The position numbers were made by a program, and so were the translations under genes. A DNA stretch of 64,000 nucleotides from a virus: positions 8,436 to 72,435 of IMG/VR virus record IMGVR_UViG_3300036857_000203; one strand, given 5' to 3'. The notes under the pieces are model-generated. The model had not been told where the DNA came from, searched no databases, and saw only the letters and a program-made list of their open reading frames with translations. Positions 53,865 through 63,460 of the stretch are shown one piece after another (positions within the stretch are counted from its first letter, which is position 1; the number at the start of each line of letters is the position of its first letter).

Positions 53865-56713
53865 TGCCGCTGGTCAAGCCGCGCGCAGACCCTGGCTTCC
53901 TCTCGCAGGCCACCCAGGTCCAGGCCGTCGGTGGCTGGTACGCCGGCAATCTTGTGCGCTGGCGCACGGCACTGCTGGAGAAGATGGGCGGCTGGCGCCG
54001 GCTGATCCAGCAACCGTTTCCGACCATCATCCGCAGGATGCATGCGTGGCTCGATCTCGGTAACCTGAAGAACCTTCTCATCGCCTGCGACGACGGCGTG
54101 CGTCTGCTGGTCGAGAAGACGCTGTATGTGATGGGCCGCGCCCTCACCATGCAGGGCGGCTTTATCCCGCAGCTGGGTGCGACGGCGGACGCGACAAGAT
54201 TCAGCGTTGCGCTCAACGCCACCGAGGTGACGGTCAAGACGCCCGTCCATATCGCTGCTGGCGAGATATTCTTCGTCAGGGTGCCGATCTCGATCGGCGG
54301 GCGGATCATCCTGGCTGGCTCGTCCTTCTCGGTGAAAGCTATCACTCCTACTGGCTTTACCTTTGACATGCCGATGCCGGCGCTGGCGGCAGAGACCGAT
54401 ACCTATGGCATTCCGTTGCTCACCAACGACATCGTCAATGGGTTTACCGTCACCTGGAAAGCGCATGGATTGGGGGTTGGTTCTCAGATCAAATTGTCGC
54501 AAGCGACATCGCTCAAGGTCGGTGCCGCTGGCGTGTGGGAGAAGGTGAAGTTCTCGGCGCCCGGCGGTTCGGCTGGGATCGTTGCCAGCGTGGTCGACGC
54601 CGATCACTTCACCTTCAACATGGGGACGCTCGGCACCGGCGACGGTGCCGGCGGTGCCTCGCATCAGGTCTATGTCGGCAGCTCCATCGAGATACCGACC
54701 GCTGGCAGCGTCATCGCGACAGCTGGCTCCGTCATTGGGGTGGTTCAGCCGACCACGCCCATCAATCCGCAAAGAGACGCATGGTTTCTGGCCAACCTCG
54801 GCGAGGACGGGCTGGCGCTGGCCTCTGGACGGCAGCTGGAGGTGTACAAACCACCGATCAGCAACGGGCCATTCCTCACCCCCGTGGGGGCTGGCTCGCC
54901 AGCGACCGCGCCGCAGAAGAGCAGAGGCATGATCGTGGCCATGCCGCAGGCGCAGGTGATCCTGTTCGGTACCGAGGTCGGCACCAAGGCTGCCGACGGC
55001 ATCACGACGCTGTTCGGGGATGGTGTGGTCGATCCGCTGCTCATCCGCTGGTCGGATGTCGGCACCTACGACAACTATCAGCTGGGAGTGGCCACCCAGG
55101 CTGGCAGCTTCCGGCTCTCGCGCGGCTCCAAGATCGTGGGGATGCATCAGGCGCCGCAGGCCACGATGATCCTGACCGACACTGATCTGTGGCAGATGAG
55201 CTATATCGGCCCGCCGCTGATCTACGGCTTCACCATCATGGGCAGTGGATGTGGTCTGGCAGCGCCGCATGCAATCGGCACGATCGGGCGAACGACCATC
55301 TGGAAGGGACAGAAGAACTTCTGGCGGTTCGATACCGGCGTGCAGCCGTTGCCCTGCACGGTGTGGGATTACATCTTCGAGGACCTCGATACTGTCAACC
55401 GCAACAAGTGTCACGCTGCACCCAATTCCACGACCGGCGAGCTGGGGTTCTACTTCCCGTCCAAGACCACGATCATTGGTGTCGAAACCAACCTGTTGCT
55501 GTTCTCGCAGGACTTCACCAGAGGCTGGCTGGCGAACAACGTCGTTGTAACGAGGCTGTCGACCTTCGCGACCGTCTATCTCTATGAACCGCAATATCTG
55601 GGCTCGGGTTGGCTCGATGATTATGCCGGCTTGCCCATACCCGGCTGGTTCGATCACGACCTGGGAGCGAGGACCGAGGACATCATCTACGCGCCGGACG
55701 GCACCGATACCGCCCTGGCGCTGGTGGATGTGGCGTTCAACGATACTCACAACATCTCGCAGCTGATCGACAAGGCCAGCCAGAGGATCACTTACACGCT
55801 GTCGGTCTACGCCCACTCCAGCTCGACGCGCGAACTGACGCTGTCGGCGGCCAATGCCATGGGCAGCGCCTTCGCAACATTCGATGTCACTGCCGGCAAT
55901 CTGCTTGCTGCAGGAGTAACATCGCCGCTGTTCACGCTGCTCAGAGCGCGCATGCTGATCGATGAGCTGGGCACCGGAGACAATGATTGGCGGCGTTATG
56001 TGCTGACCTTCGTCAGCGACGACAGCGCCGACTTCACGGTCTATCTCAGCAACACCGCCGGTACTGCCTTGAACTACCTGGGCGAGCCGCCGAAGCACAC
56101 GCTGATCTGGGGTGCGCAGCTTGTCGTTGGCGACGATCCGCTGCCTTACGAGAAGACCGAGGGTCTGCTGCGGCAGAACGAGACCCGGCGCTATGTCAAG
56201 GTCAACGTGACGGAAGGGATGGCATGGGACAGCGGTGCGCTTGGCCGTTCGGCGTGGCTTGATGAAAGCGTGTGGGGCATGCCGCTGGGCGCCGACATCA
56301 CTCCGATCCGGCCGGTTGCAAAGGGTGAGCTGCCCGAGCCGAGGAACCATCTGCAGCAGCACGAGACCGGCTTTGATGACGACGACCTGCCGATGACCGG
56401 CGTGTTTGTCGAGACTGGCTATACCGAGCTGGGTGACGGCACCGCACTGATGCTGGTCGATCAGGTGCATCCCGACATGAAGTGGTTCGGGATCAACGGC
56501 GGGGTCAAGGTCTCGCTGCGGGCAACCAACTATCCGCAAGGCCCTAACCACCTCTATGGGCCGTTCTCGATGACGCCGGGAACACAGTGGTTCAATCCGA
56601 GGACGCGCGCCCGCTATGTGGCGGTGCGCTACGACTGGGAGCCGGTGCGCGGTTATTCGGCTCGCGTCGGCAGCACGACCTTTCATGTCAAGCCGGCGGG
56701 GCGGTTGCCATGA
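53864..56713 (+). CDS. Tail nozzle/stabilisation protein (P22 gp10-like) with inserted domain
   Basis: VRWR...KMGGW, DPLLIRWSD, QAGSFRL.RGSKIV, LPCTVWDYIF, RSAWLD. Confidence 0.8.
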   Translation: MPLVKPRADPGFLSQATQVQAVGGWYAGNLVRWRTALLEKMGGWRRLIQQPFPTIIRRMHAWLDLGNLKNLLIACDDGVRLLVEKTLYVMGRALTMQGGFIPQLGATADATRFSVALNATEVTVKTPVHIAAGEIFFVRVPISIGGRIILAGSSFSVKAITPTGFTFDMPMPALAAETDTYGIPLLTNDIVNGFTVTWKAHGLGVGSQIKLSQATSLKVGAAGVWEKVKFSAPGGSAGIVASVVDADHFTFNMGTLGTGDGAGGASHQVYVGSSIEIPTAGSVIATAGSVIGVVQPTTPINPQRDAWFLANLGEDGLALASGRQLEVYKPPISNGPFLTPVGAGSPATAPQKSRGMIVAMPQAQVILFGTEVGTKAADGITTLFGDGVVDPLLIRWSDVGTYDNYQLGVATQAGSFRLSRGSKIVGMHQAPQATMILTDTDLWQMSYIGPPLIYGFTIMGSGCGLAAPHAIGTIGRTTIWKGQKNFWRFDTGVQPLPCTVWDYIFEDLDTVNRNKCHAAPNSTTGELGFYFPSKTTIIGVETNLLLFSQDFTRGWLANNVVVTRLSTFATVYLYEPQYLGSGWLDDYAGLPIPGWFDHDLGARTEDIIYAPDGTDTALALVDVAFNDTHNISQLIDKASQRITYTLSVYAHSSSTRELTLSAANAMGSAFATFDVTAGNLLAAGVTSPLFTLLRARMLIDELGTGDNDWRRYVLTFVSDDSADFTVYLSNTAGTALNYLGEPPKHTLIWGAQLVVGDDPLPYEKTEGLLRQNETRRYVKVNVTEGMAWDSGALGRSAWLDESVWGMPLGADITPIRPVAKGELPEPRNHLQQHETGFDDDDLPMTGVFVETGYTELGDGTALMLVDQVHPDMKWFGINGGVKVSLRATNYPQGPNHLYGPFSMTPGTQWFNPRTRARYVAVRYDWEPVRGYSARVGSTTFHVKPAGRLP

Positions 56714-56970
56714 GGGGCGACGGCATCGTCCAACTCCAGCTGCTGGTGGCGCAGGCGATCTTCGCTCTGGCCGAGCACATCGATGCCTCGACCGGCTACA
56801 ACATCGATCCGGTGCCCTTTGCTGCGCTGCCGTTGGCAGCCGCCAAGGGAACGATCGCCTGCATCATCGACAGTACGGTCAATACCCCAGGCGCGGTGGT
56901 CGCAGGCGGCGGCGCCTTCAGCGTATTGGCTTGGCACAACGGTGCTGATTGGACGGTGATCGGCGCATGA
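56710..56970 (+). CDS. Small virion protein
   Basis: FAALP.A..KG.IA.I.DST...GGG....WHNGADW. Confidence 0.65.
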   Translation: MRGDGIVQLQLLVAQAIFALAEHIDASTGYNIDPVPFAALPLAAAKGTIACIIDSTVNTPGAVVAGGGAFSVLAWHNGADWTVIGA

Positions 56971-57119
56971 ACGAGCAACCGCTGACGCGCGAGCAGATCA
57001 CCGAGCAGGTGGAGAACACCAACCTGAACTGGGTCGACCAGTACATCGAGATGCTGCGGCTGACCGTGCAAGCGTTGCAGAAGCTGCACGAAGCCTTCGA
57101 TCGGAAGTTCAGCCGATGA
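56967..57119 (+). CDS. Small hypothetical protein
   Basis: ATGA coupling on both sides. Confidence 0.55.
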   Translation: MNEQPLTREQITEQVENTNLNWVDQYIEMLRLTVQALQKLHEAFDRKFSR

Positions 57120-57382
57120 GCGACGAGATCGGCCGTTATCTGACGGATTCCTACCGCCGGGATATACTTGGCGAATCAGTGGAGGTTGGGATGCCGGCGG
57201 CTGATCCGCAGCTGATCGCGCGCGTCGAGACCATGATTGCGGGGATCGACGGCGTGCGCCTGGGCGCCAACCTCGCTCAGCGCGACTTTGTCTCGTACCA
57301 GCACCGCAGGGCTTTGGTGCGACTGTTGGCGCAGCTGAAGGCGCAGCAGGCAGCGGAGGCGCAGCCAGATGCCCCTGACTAG
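57116..57382 (+). CDS. Hypothetical protein
   Basis: ATGA coupling. Confidence 0.55.
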   Translation: MSDEIGRYLTDSYRRDILGESVEVGMPAADPQLIARVETMIAGIDGVRLGANLAQRDFVSYQHRRALVRLLAQLKAQQAAEAQPDAPD

Positions 57383-60300
57383 CAAGGGCCGCAAGATCAT
57401 GTCCGCGATGCAGGGCCAGTATGGCTCTGAGAAGGGCGAGCGGGTCTTCTATGCATCGCGCAACGCGGGGCGGATTACCGGGGTCGATCCTGGGCACTGG
57501 CGGGGCGGCATTGTTGGGTATGCCGAGGGCGGCATCGTTCGGCACGACGCCGATCCCGATCTTCCTGGTGTGCAGGATGAGGCCGATCTGATCCCGCTGA
57601 CGGAAGGGCAGGGACCGACCCGCAGTCAGGTGCTCGATACCATCGAGCTGCTGCACGCGAACCGGCGCCGGGCACAGGGTCTCGACCAGAATATCTCCGA
57701 GATCGACAACCCCAACTTCTTCCTGCGGCAAGATCGCGAGCGCGAGGCCCCGCGTCAGCAGACCATCCGTCCGCAGGCTTGGCCGTTCCTCAATCCGCGT
57801 CGGCGGCGTCGCGGCGGTTCCATCGATGGCATCGAGGAGATGTTTGACGGGGCGTCGAGGGGGTATGGGCGCTATGCGCGCGGTGGGCGCATCCGCTACC
57901 TCGAAGATGGCGGTGGCGGCGGCGACGGTGGCGACGGCGGTGGCTGTGGCAGTAGCGGCTGCGGCGACAGCGGCTGCGGCGCCAGCGGCTGCGCTGGCTG
58001 TGGATGCAGTGGCGATGCTTGCGGCGGTGGCGCCTGTGGCGCCTGCAGCTGCGGCGGTGCGGGCGGCTGCGGTGCCTGTGGTGTGACCGGCACCGCTACT
58101 GGTGCAGGCGACAGCGGCGCTGCTGGCGGCAGTGGCTGCGGTGGCACTGGCGGCGGCTGCTCTGAGGCTGCTGGCACGACCGGCGATGCTGGTCTTGGCA
58201 TGTCGGGGTTGGGCGCGGCGGCGATGGGCGCGCTCGGGGCAGAAGCGACGACGGGGGAAACGGGAGAGACAGGGGGAGGAAGAGGTGGTGGCCGAGGTGG
58301 CGGCTTGGGCGTGGGTGGCCTGGGCTACGCGGGCCAGACGGGCCAGACGGGTGGGAGAGGCGGTCCAGGTGGGATTGGCGGTCCAGGCGCTCCTGGCCTT
58401 GGGCTTGGTGTGGGATGGGGTGGCGGTCCTTATGGTGGCATGACCGCAGCTGCGGCGTTCGCGGGCGGCCCGTTCTCAGGGGCCGCTCTTGGCACTGCCC
58501 ATGGTGCAGAGACCGGCGGTCAGTTCGGTCCCGGCGCTTCTGTTAGCGCGACTGGTGCGCCCGGTACCGGCACCTTCGGAGCCGAGAGCACGGCCGGTGG
58601 TGGTGGCACCAACGGCCTGGGTATGGCGGGGGCCTCCTGGGGTGGTGGCCCCGGCTTCGGCGGCACCTCTGGTTACGCAGCTACCGGCACGCAAGACATC
58701 TCGCCCGCTGTTGGTGGTCGCGGCGGTGGCGAGGAGGATCAGGGTGGCGGCCGAGGTGGAGGTCGTGCAGGTGCTGCTCCAGCTGCCACTTCTGACCGGG
58801 GTGGAGGCCGAGGTGGTGGCGCCACTGTTGCAAGCGAGGCGGCGCCGCTGGGAGGTGCCCCCGATCCCACCAGCGAGCCGGGAGCAGGTACCGAGCCCTC
58901 GGGTGGTCCGAGTGATATTGGCGGCGGTAGGGGCACCGCCGTAGGCACCCCTGCGGCAGCGCCTTCCGTTACCGATACGCCGGCTGTCACCGACACGCCC
59001 GCTGTCACCACCGATGAGCCTGGGGAGAAGAGCGGGAGCAAGGGTATCGGCACTATCAGTGGTGCGACGGTCGCTCCAGGCGCACCTGCCACCACGCTGG
59101 GCTTGGGTGCACCAGTGTCGGGAGGGCTTACGAGTCAGGCTTCCACCCTAAGCGGCGGTCTCCCCGGAGCAGAACCCACCACGGGCAGCATGTCTGTGAT
59201 GGGCGCCCCTGCCAACGTGGGCAATATCGGGGCGATCAGCTTCGGCCCAGGCAATGCCTTCGGCGATCCCAACTATGGATTGCCTGGGACGCAGGACATC
59301 GGCCAGCCCACGCAGGGTGAGCGATCTGGTGCTCGCGATGCCCCATTGGCTCCGGGCACGCAGAGCCCTGCGGCCGGGCTGCTCGGCGGCAGCTTCACCG
59401 GCACCACAACCGGGTTGGAGGGGTTCAACAACGCTCCCACCAGTACTCAGAGCCAGACCGGGACGGTCGGTGGTCTCGGCGGCGGTCTCAGCATGTCGGG
59501 AACGATGGCGGGTACGCCGACGTCGGCGGTAGGCATCGGCGGAACGACGCTGGGCTTCGATTCTCCGATCGGCAATACCCCAGGCGGTGGTCTGGCCGGT
59601 CCTGCGGGCGGGATGCAGGGTGGGGCTCCTGCCGACCTCAGCGCGTTTACTGGCGCCAACGCCTTCGGTCCTGCCGGGAGCTTTACTGGCGGCAGAGGGG
59701 ACGAGGGCGAGGCCAGGGGTGGTTCGCGCTCTGGCGCCGTCTCGCCTGCGAATGCGCCCGGGCTCGCGGCCCCCGGGAGCCTTGTGGGCGCGGCAGTCAG
59801 CCCGGCGGTTTCCGCGCTGGGCACGCCAGATCCCGGTGCGCTTTCCAGCCGGGGCGCGATCTCGACCGCGATGGACCCGACGCAGACGCTCGGGGCACCA
59901 CAGACGTTTGCTCCGTCTATCTCTTCGCTCCCCGGCTTTGTCGGCATTGCCCCAGCGCCTGCCCCCGGTTGGAGCCCGGGCGAGCAGACGCAGGGTCGAG
60001 CGGGCGCTGCGTTCGAGAACGCGCCGGGTGGCCGAGGTGATCGCGGTGGCGGGCCGGCGCTGGGGGCGACCGCCCAGGACATCGCTGCTGCACATGCTTT
60101 AGCGGGAACACTAGACTTTGGTGGGCGCTTTGGCGGGCAGCCTAGCTTCGATCCTGGTCAGCAGATGGCTGGCCGAGGCGTTGCCACTACGTTCGGCGCT
60201 AATCCGTTGTCGGCTCTGGGGGCACCGGCAACGCCGACGCCGGGCATGTTCGGGGCAGTGCCGGGTGGGTTCACAGTATCGCCAGCGAATGCCCAGAACA

Positions 60301-62807
60301 CGCAGGGGCTATCTGGTGGGCTTGTTGGAGGTGCTCCTCCCGGTGGCTTCTCTCCTGCCCCCGGCAATATCGGCGGCATCGAGCTTGGTCCTGGTAATCC
60401 CTTTGGTGATCCCAATTATGGATTGCCGGCGACACAAGACATCGGACAGCGCGGAGGTGGGCGTACTGGGGCTGTGCCCGGCTCAGTCAATGAGGATATT
60501 GCTGCGGCGCACAGCATGTTTGGAGCACCCACTGCATTGGGTGAGAGAGGCAGCACGGTTACTGCCAGCCAGGGCTGGGGGCTTGATGATAAGGGCAATC
60601 CGGTTGCGGCTCCTGCCGCGCCGGCTGGGCCGAGTTACGAGCAAGACCTCGCGCCAAGCCTTGCGGCACCGCCGGCCGACTTTGATCCCTATGCGCCAGC
60701 GCCGGCTGTGCCCGGTCTCGATGAGCGTGATGTACAGGACCCCGGCCGCACGGGCAGCCGTGGCATTGGTACCCAGGTCGCCTCGCTCGATCCGTACGTG
60801 GGCATGCAGCACGAGCAGACGACGCCGATCGATCCGACCGTTCCGGTATCTCCGCCGCCCTCACTGGCTCCTCCTACTGTTACGCCGCCAACGGTAACGC
60901 CGCCTGCCAACCCGTTCGATATCAACCCGTATCCGTCACTGATCGGGCCACCGCAGAACCAGACCCAGTCGAGGGGCACCCAGGTCGCGCAGGGGGCCAT
61001 TCCTGGCGTCATCGAGAACACCTACGAGATCGCGCCTCCTGCGAACTTTGACGAGCGCTGGGGTGGGATGCCCACGACCACGCCAGCGACCGCTCCCAAT
61101 CAGGGCTTTGGCGAACCGAGCTGGGACTTCGGTGCGCCGCCTGCTGCGCCGGCCACGCCCTCCAATCTCGGCAATCCCGCTGCCTCGCTTTCCATCGGAG
61201 ACATGGTCGCGGCGGGTTTCGGCATCTCTCCCGCTGCTGCGGCCACCCCTGGCGAGCGTAGTGGTCAGCCTTCGTTCGGGCCCCAGAGTGATCCGTTCGC
61301 TGGCGCCCAGACCACGCCGGCCACGCCCGATCCTGGCTTCGGGGCGCCACAGTCCGAGCGAAGCACGATCAGCAATACGCCGCTGGGTGATCTCGGTGTA
61401 GCGGAGCTGGCAGCGGAGCCGACGGGCGGCTGGAGCATGGGGGCCCAGGGCTACGGCTACGGCATCGGCCAGGGCAACCAGGGCTTCAACGCAATGGGCT
61501 CGCCGAGCGCGGGGATCGGCTTCTCCGACTGGGGCGGGCCGCCGGCCGGCACGCCGACGGCGGTCGCCTATGCCATGGACGAGAACCAATCGCCGGTCGC
61601 GATGGCGGCGCCAGCTGATGCGAGGGGTGCGTTCAGCATGGGGCTCGGCGCCCAGGGTCTCGCCGACTACTACAGCGCGCTCGCCGGTTATGCTTCCAGG
61701 GGTTGGGGTGGAACGATGACCGGCACACATGCCGGGCGGCACGCCGAAGGAGGGCCGGTCGAGCGCCCGTCAGGGATAGCGTCCTACGATCCTCAGCCGC
61801 CTCCCCTACCGCCTCGGGAGGAGGGACCGAGACCCCTCGGCTTGAGTGATGTCCTCGATGCGCTTCGGCGTTACGGCTACGAAGGTGGCGTGTTGACGGG
61901 GGGCAGGTCTCGCGGCCGGCACGCCGCTGGCGGCATCGTCGGCAATTCGATCAAGCGCTTTGTGGATGTCTCACCTTCGTCAGCGGCCGGGCAAATCGAT
62001 CAGAACCCGATGATCGGTGCCGGGTTGGCGCAGACGTTCTCGCCCTCGCAGCTCGCGGCCATGTTCGATCAGATCGGCCACAACCGGCGCGACCAGAACC
62101 CACCGCAGGGCGAGGACAACAACAAGTCCCCGCAGCAGCTGCAGATCAGCATCCCCGGCGCGACCGGCGGCGGCAGCTTCACCGGTATGGCGGAGGGCGG
62201 CTACGTCACCGGGCCGGGCTACTACGCCCCCGGCGGCCTGACCCAGTCCGGCATGCATACCCTGGGCACCCAGGCGCACTACAGCGGTGCCAACGTCAAG
62301 CCAGCGATCAAGCAGCCCGGCGTGCATCTGATGTCTTCGTCCAGCATCCCCGGGCGCACCGATCGCATTCCGATGCGGGCGAAGCCGGGGAGCTACGTGC
62401 TGCCGGCCGACGTCGTCTCGGGGCTGGGCCAGGGCAACACCATGGCCGGCGCCAAGATGTGGGGGCAGGCGATCATGGCGGCGGCTGGGCCGGCGGGCGC
62501 CGGCACCATGGGCGCGCTGCGGCGCGGCACGATGCCGAAGGCGAGTGTGCCAGCCGGCATCAGGCGGGGCTCTACCAAGGGCTTTGCCGAGGGTGGCAAC
62601 ATCGGACACAACGGCGGCCTGCCGATGGACGACGAATATGTGCCGATCGTGACGGCAGGTGGTGAAGTGCTGGTCGACCCGGAGTTGGTCGAGGCGCTTG
62701 GGTACGGCAGTGAGATGCTGGGTAAGCGCAAGCTTGCCGAATCCGTCCTCAGCGTGCGCGAGCAGACGATCAAGAACCTCAAGAAGCTGCCGAGGCCCGT
62801 CGCGTAA
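57369..62807 (+). CDS. Giant (1812 aa) low-complexity Gly/Pro/Ala internal virion protein with Cys-Gly tract
   Basis: Uninterrupted ORF; C-terminal PGRTD.IP...GSYVLPADVVSGLGQGNT.AG and VPIVTAGGE. Confidence 0.8.
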   Translation: MPLTSKGRKIMSAMQGQYGSEKGERVFYASRNAGRITGVDPGHWRGGIVGYAEGGIVRHDADPDLPGVQDEADLIPLTEGQGPTRSQVLDTIELLHANRRRAQGLDQNISEIDNPNFFLRQDREREAPRQQTIRPQAWPFLNPRRRRRGGSIDGIEEMFDGASRGYGRYARGGRIRYLEDGGGGGDGGDGGGCGSSGCGDSGCGASGCAGCGCSGDACGGGACGACSCGGAGGCGACGVTGTATGAGDSGAAGGSGCGGTGGGCSEAAGTTGDAGLGMSGLGAAAMGALGAEATTGETGETGGGRGGGRGGGLGVGGLGYAGQTGQTGGRGGPGGIGGPGAPGLGLGVGWGGGPYGGMTAAAAFAGGPFSGAALGTAHGAETGGQFGPGASVSATGAPGTGTFGAESTAGGGGTNGLGMAGASWGGGPGFGGTSGYAATGTQDISPAVGGRGGGEEDQGGGRGGGRAGAAPAATSDRGGGRGGGATVASEAAPLGGAPDPTSEPGAGTEPSGGPSDIGGGRGTAVGTPAAAPSVTDTPAVTDTPAVTTDEPGEKSGSKGIGTISGATVAPGAPATTLGLGAPVSGGLTSQASTLSGGLPGAEPTTGSMSVMGAPANVGNIGAISFGPGNAFGDPNYGLPGTQDIGQPTQGERSGARDAPLAPGTQSPAAGLLGGSFTGTTTGLEGFNNAPTSTQSQTGTVGGLGGGLSMSGTMAGTPTSAVGIGGTTLGFDSPIGNTPGGGLAGPAGGMQGGAPADLSAFTGANAFGPAGSFTGGRGDEGEARGGSRSGAVSPANAPGLAAPGSLVGAAVSPAVSALGTPDPGALSSRGAISTAMDPTQTLGAPQTFAPSISSLPGFVGIAPAPAPGWSPGEQTQGRAGAAFENAPGGRGDRGGGPALGATAQDIAAAHALAGTLDFGGRFGGQPSFDPGQQMAGRGVATTFGANPLSALGAPATPTPGMFGAVPGGFTVSPANAQNTQGLSGGLVGGAPPGGFSPAPGNIGGIELGPGNPFGDPNYGLPATQDIGQRGGGRTGAVPGSVNEDIAAAHSMFGAPTALGERGSTVTASQGWGLDDKGNPVAAPAAPAGPSYEQDLAPSLAAPPADFDPYAPAPAVPGLDERDVQDPGRTGSRGIGTQVASLDPYVGMQHEQTTPIDPTVPVSPPPSLAPPTVTPPTVTPPANPFDINPYPSLIGPPQNQTQSRGTQVAQGAIPGVIENTYEIAPPANFDERWGGMPTTTPATAPNQGFGEPSWDFGAPPAAPATPSNLGNPAASLSIGDMVAAGFGISPAAAATPGERSGQPSFGPQSDPFAGAQTTPATPDPGFGAPQSERSTISNTPLGDLGVAELAAEPTGGWSMGAQGYGYGIGQGNQGFNAMGSPSAGIGFSDWGGPPAGTPTAVAYAMDENQSPVAMAAPADARGAFSMGLGAQGLADYYSALAGYASRGWGGTMTGTHAGRHAEGGPVERPSGIASYDPQPPPLPPREEGPRPLGLSDVLDALRRYGYEGGVLTGGRSRGRHAAGGIVGNSIKRFVDVSPSSAAGQIDQNPMIGAGLAQTFSPSQLAAMFDQIGHNRRDQNPPQGEDNNKSPQQLQISIPGATGGGSFTGMAEGGYVTGPGYYAPGGLTQSGMHTLGTQAHYSGANVKPAIKQPGVHLMSSSSIPGRTDRIPMRAKPGSYVLPADVVSGLGQGNTMAGAKMWGQAIMAAAGPAGAGTMGALRRGTMPKASVPAGIRRGSTKGFAEGGNIGHNGGLPMDDEYVPIVTAGGEVLVDPELVEALGYGSEMLGKRKLAESVLSVREQTIKNLKKLPRPVA

Positions 62808-62824
62808 CTGGTCTGGAGACTCGC

Positions 62825-63460
62825 ATGAGCCGAGTGTTGTACGACCCAGAAACCGGCGTGCCCGGCGTGCGGCTTGCCACCAAGAAGGACGAGGGCGAGA
62901 TATTCGGCCTCCTGCTCATGCTGCATGCCGAGAACGGCTTCTTCACCATGAACCGCGACAAGGTGATCGCTGGCATCCAGTGGGCGACCGAGCGCCGTGG
63001 CGGGATCATCTATGTCATCGATGAAGGCCCGAGGGTCGTCGCCTCTCTCGGCATGGTGATCATGACCGATTGGTACAGCGACGATGAGTATCTGCACGAG
63101 CGCTGGAACTTTGTGCACCCGGACTATCGCAAGAGCGATTACGCCCAGAAGCTGCTGAACCAAGCGAAGTGGTCGCACGAATGGTTCAAGGCGCGCGGCA
63201 AGCTGATGCCGTTCTACTGTGGGATCAACTCGCTCAAGAGGACCGAAGCAAAGATCAGGATGTACGCGCGGCAGATGCCCTGCATCGGCGCCTACTTTGC
63301 GTACGGCATGGCTCCGCGTCAGCAGGACCTGATCGTGGAGGAGATGGCAGCAATCGAAGAGCGTACCCGCAAGAGTAATGCTGCACACACCCGCGAGGTG
63401 AGGCCGGTTGTCGAGACGCTGATTCGCGTCAGCCGGCATCAGGAGGAAGGCCATGTGTAA
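62825..63460 (+). CDS. GNAT-like acetyltransferase in virion module
   Basis: VRLAT.KD...NFVHPDYRKSDYAQKLL. Confidence 0.7.
   Translation: MSRVLYDPETGVPGVRLATKKDEGEIFGLLLMLHAENGFFTMNRDKVIAGIQWATERRGGIIYVIDEGPRVVASLGMVIMTDWYSDDEYLHERWNFVHPDYRKSDYAQKLLNQAKWSHEWFKARGKLMPFYCGINSLKRTEAKIRMYARQMPCIGAYFAYGMAPRQQDLIVEEMAAIEERTRKSNAAHTREVRPVVETLIRVSRHQEEGHV

Noticed and set aside
53753-56686. 977-aa minus-strand ORF (and similar long antisense ORFs at 21950-23233, 36291-37586, 49055-50254)
   Set aside because: Antisense shadows of real high-GC genes with no motifs
57900-58460. GGC-dense stretch resembling the array
   Set aside because: Period 3, explained by Gly codons of the 1812-aa ORF
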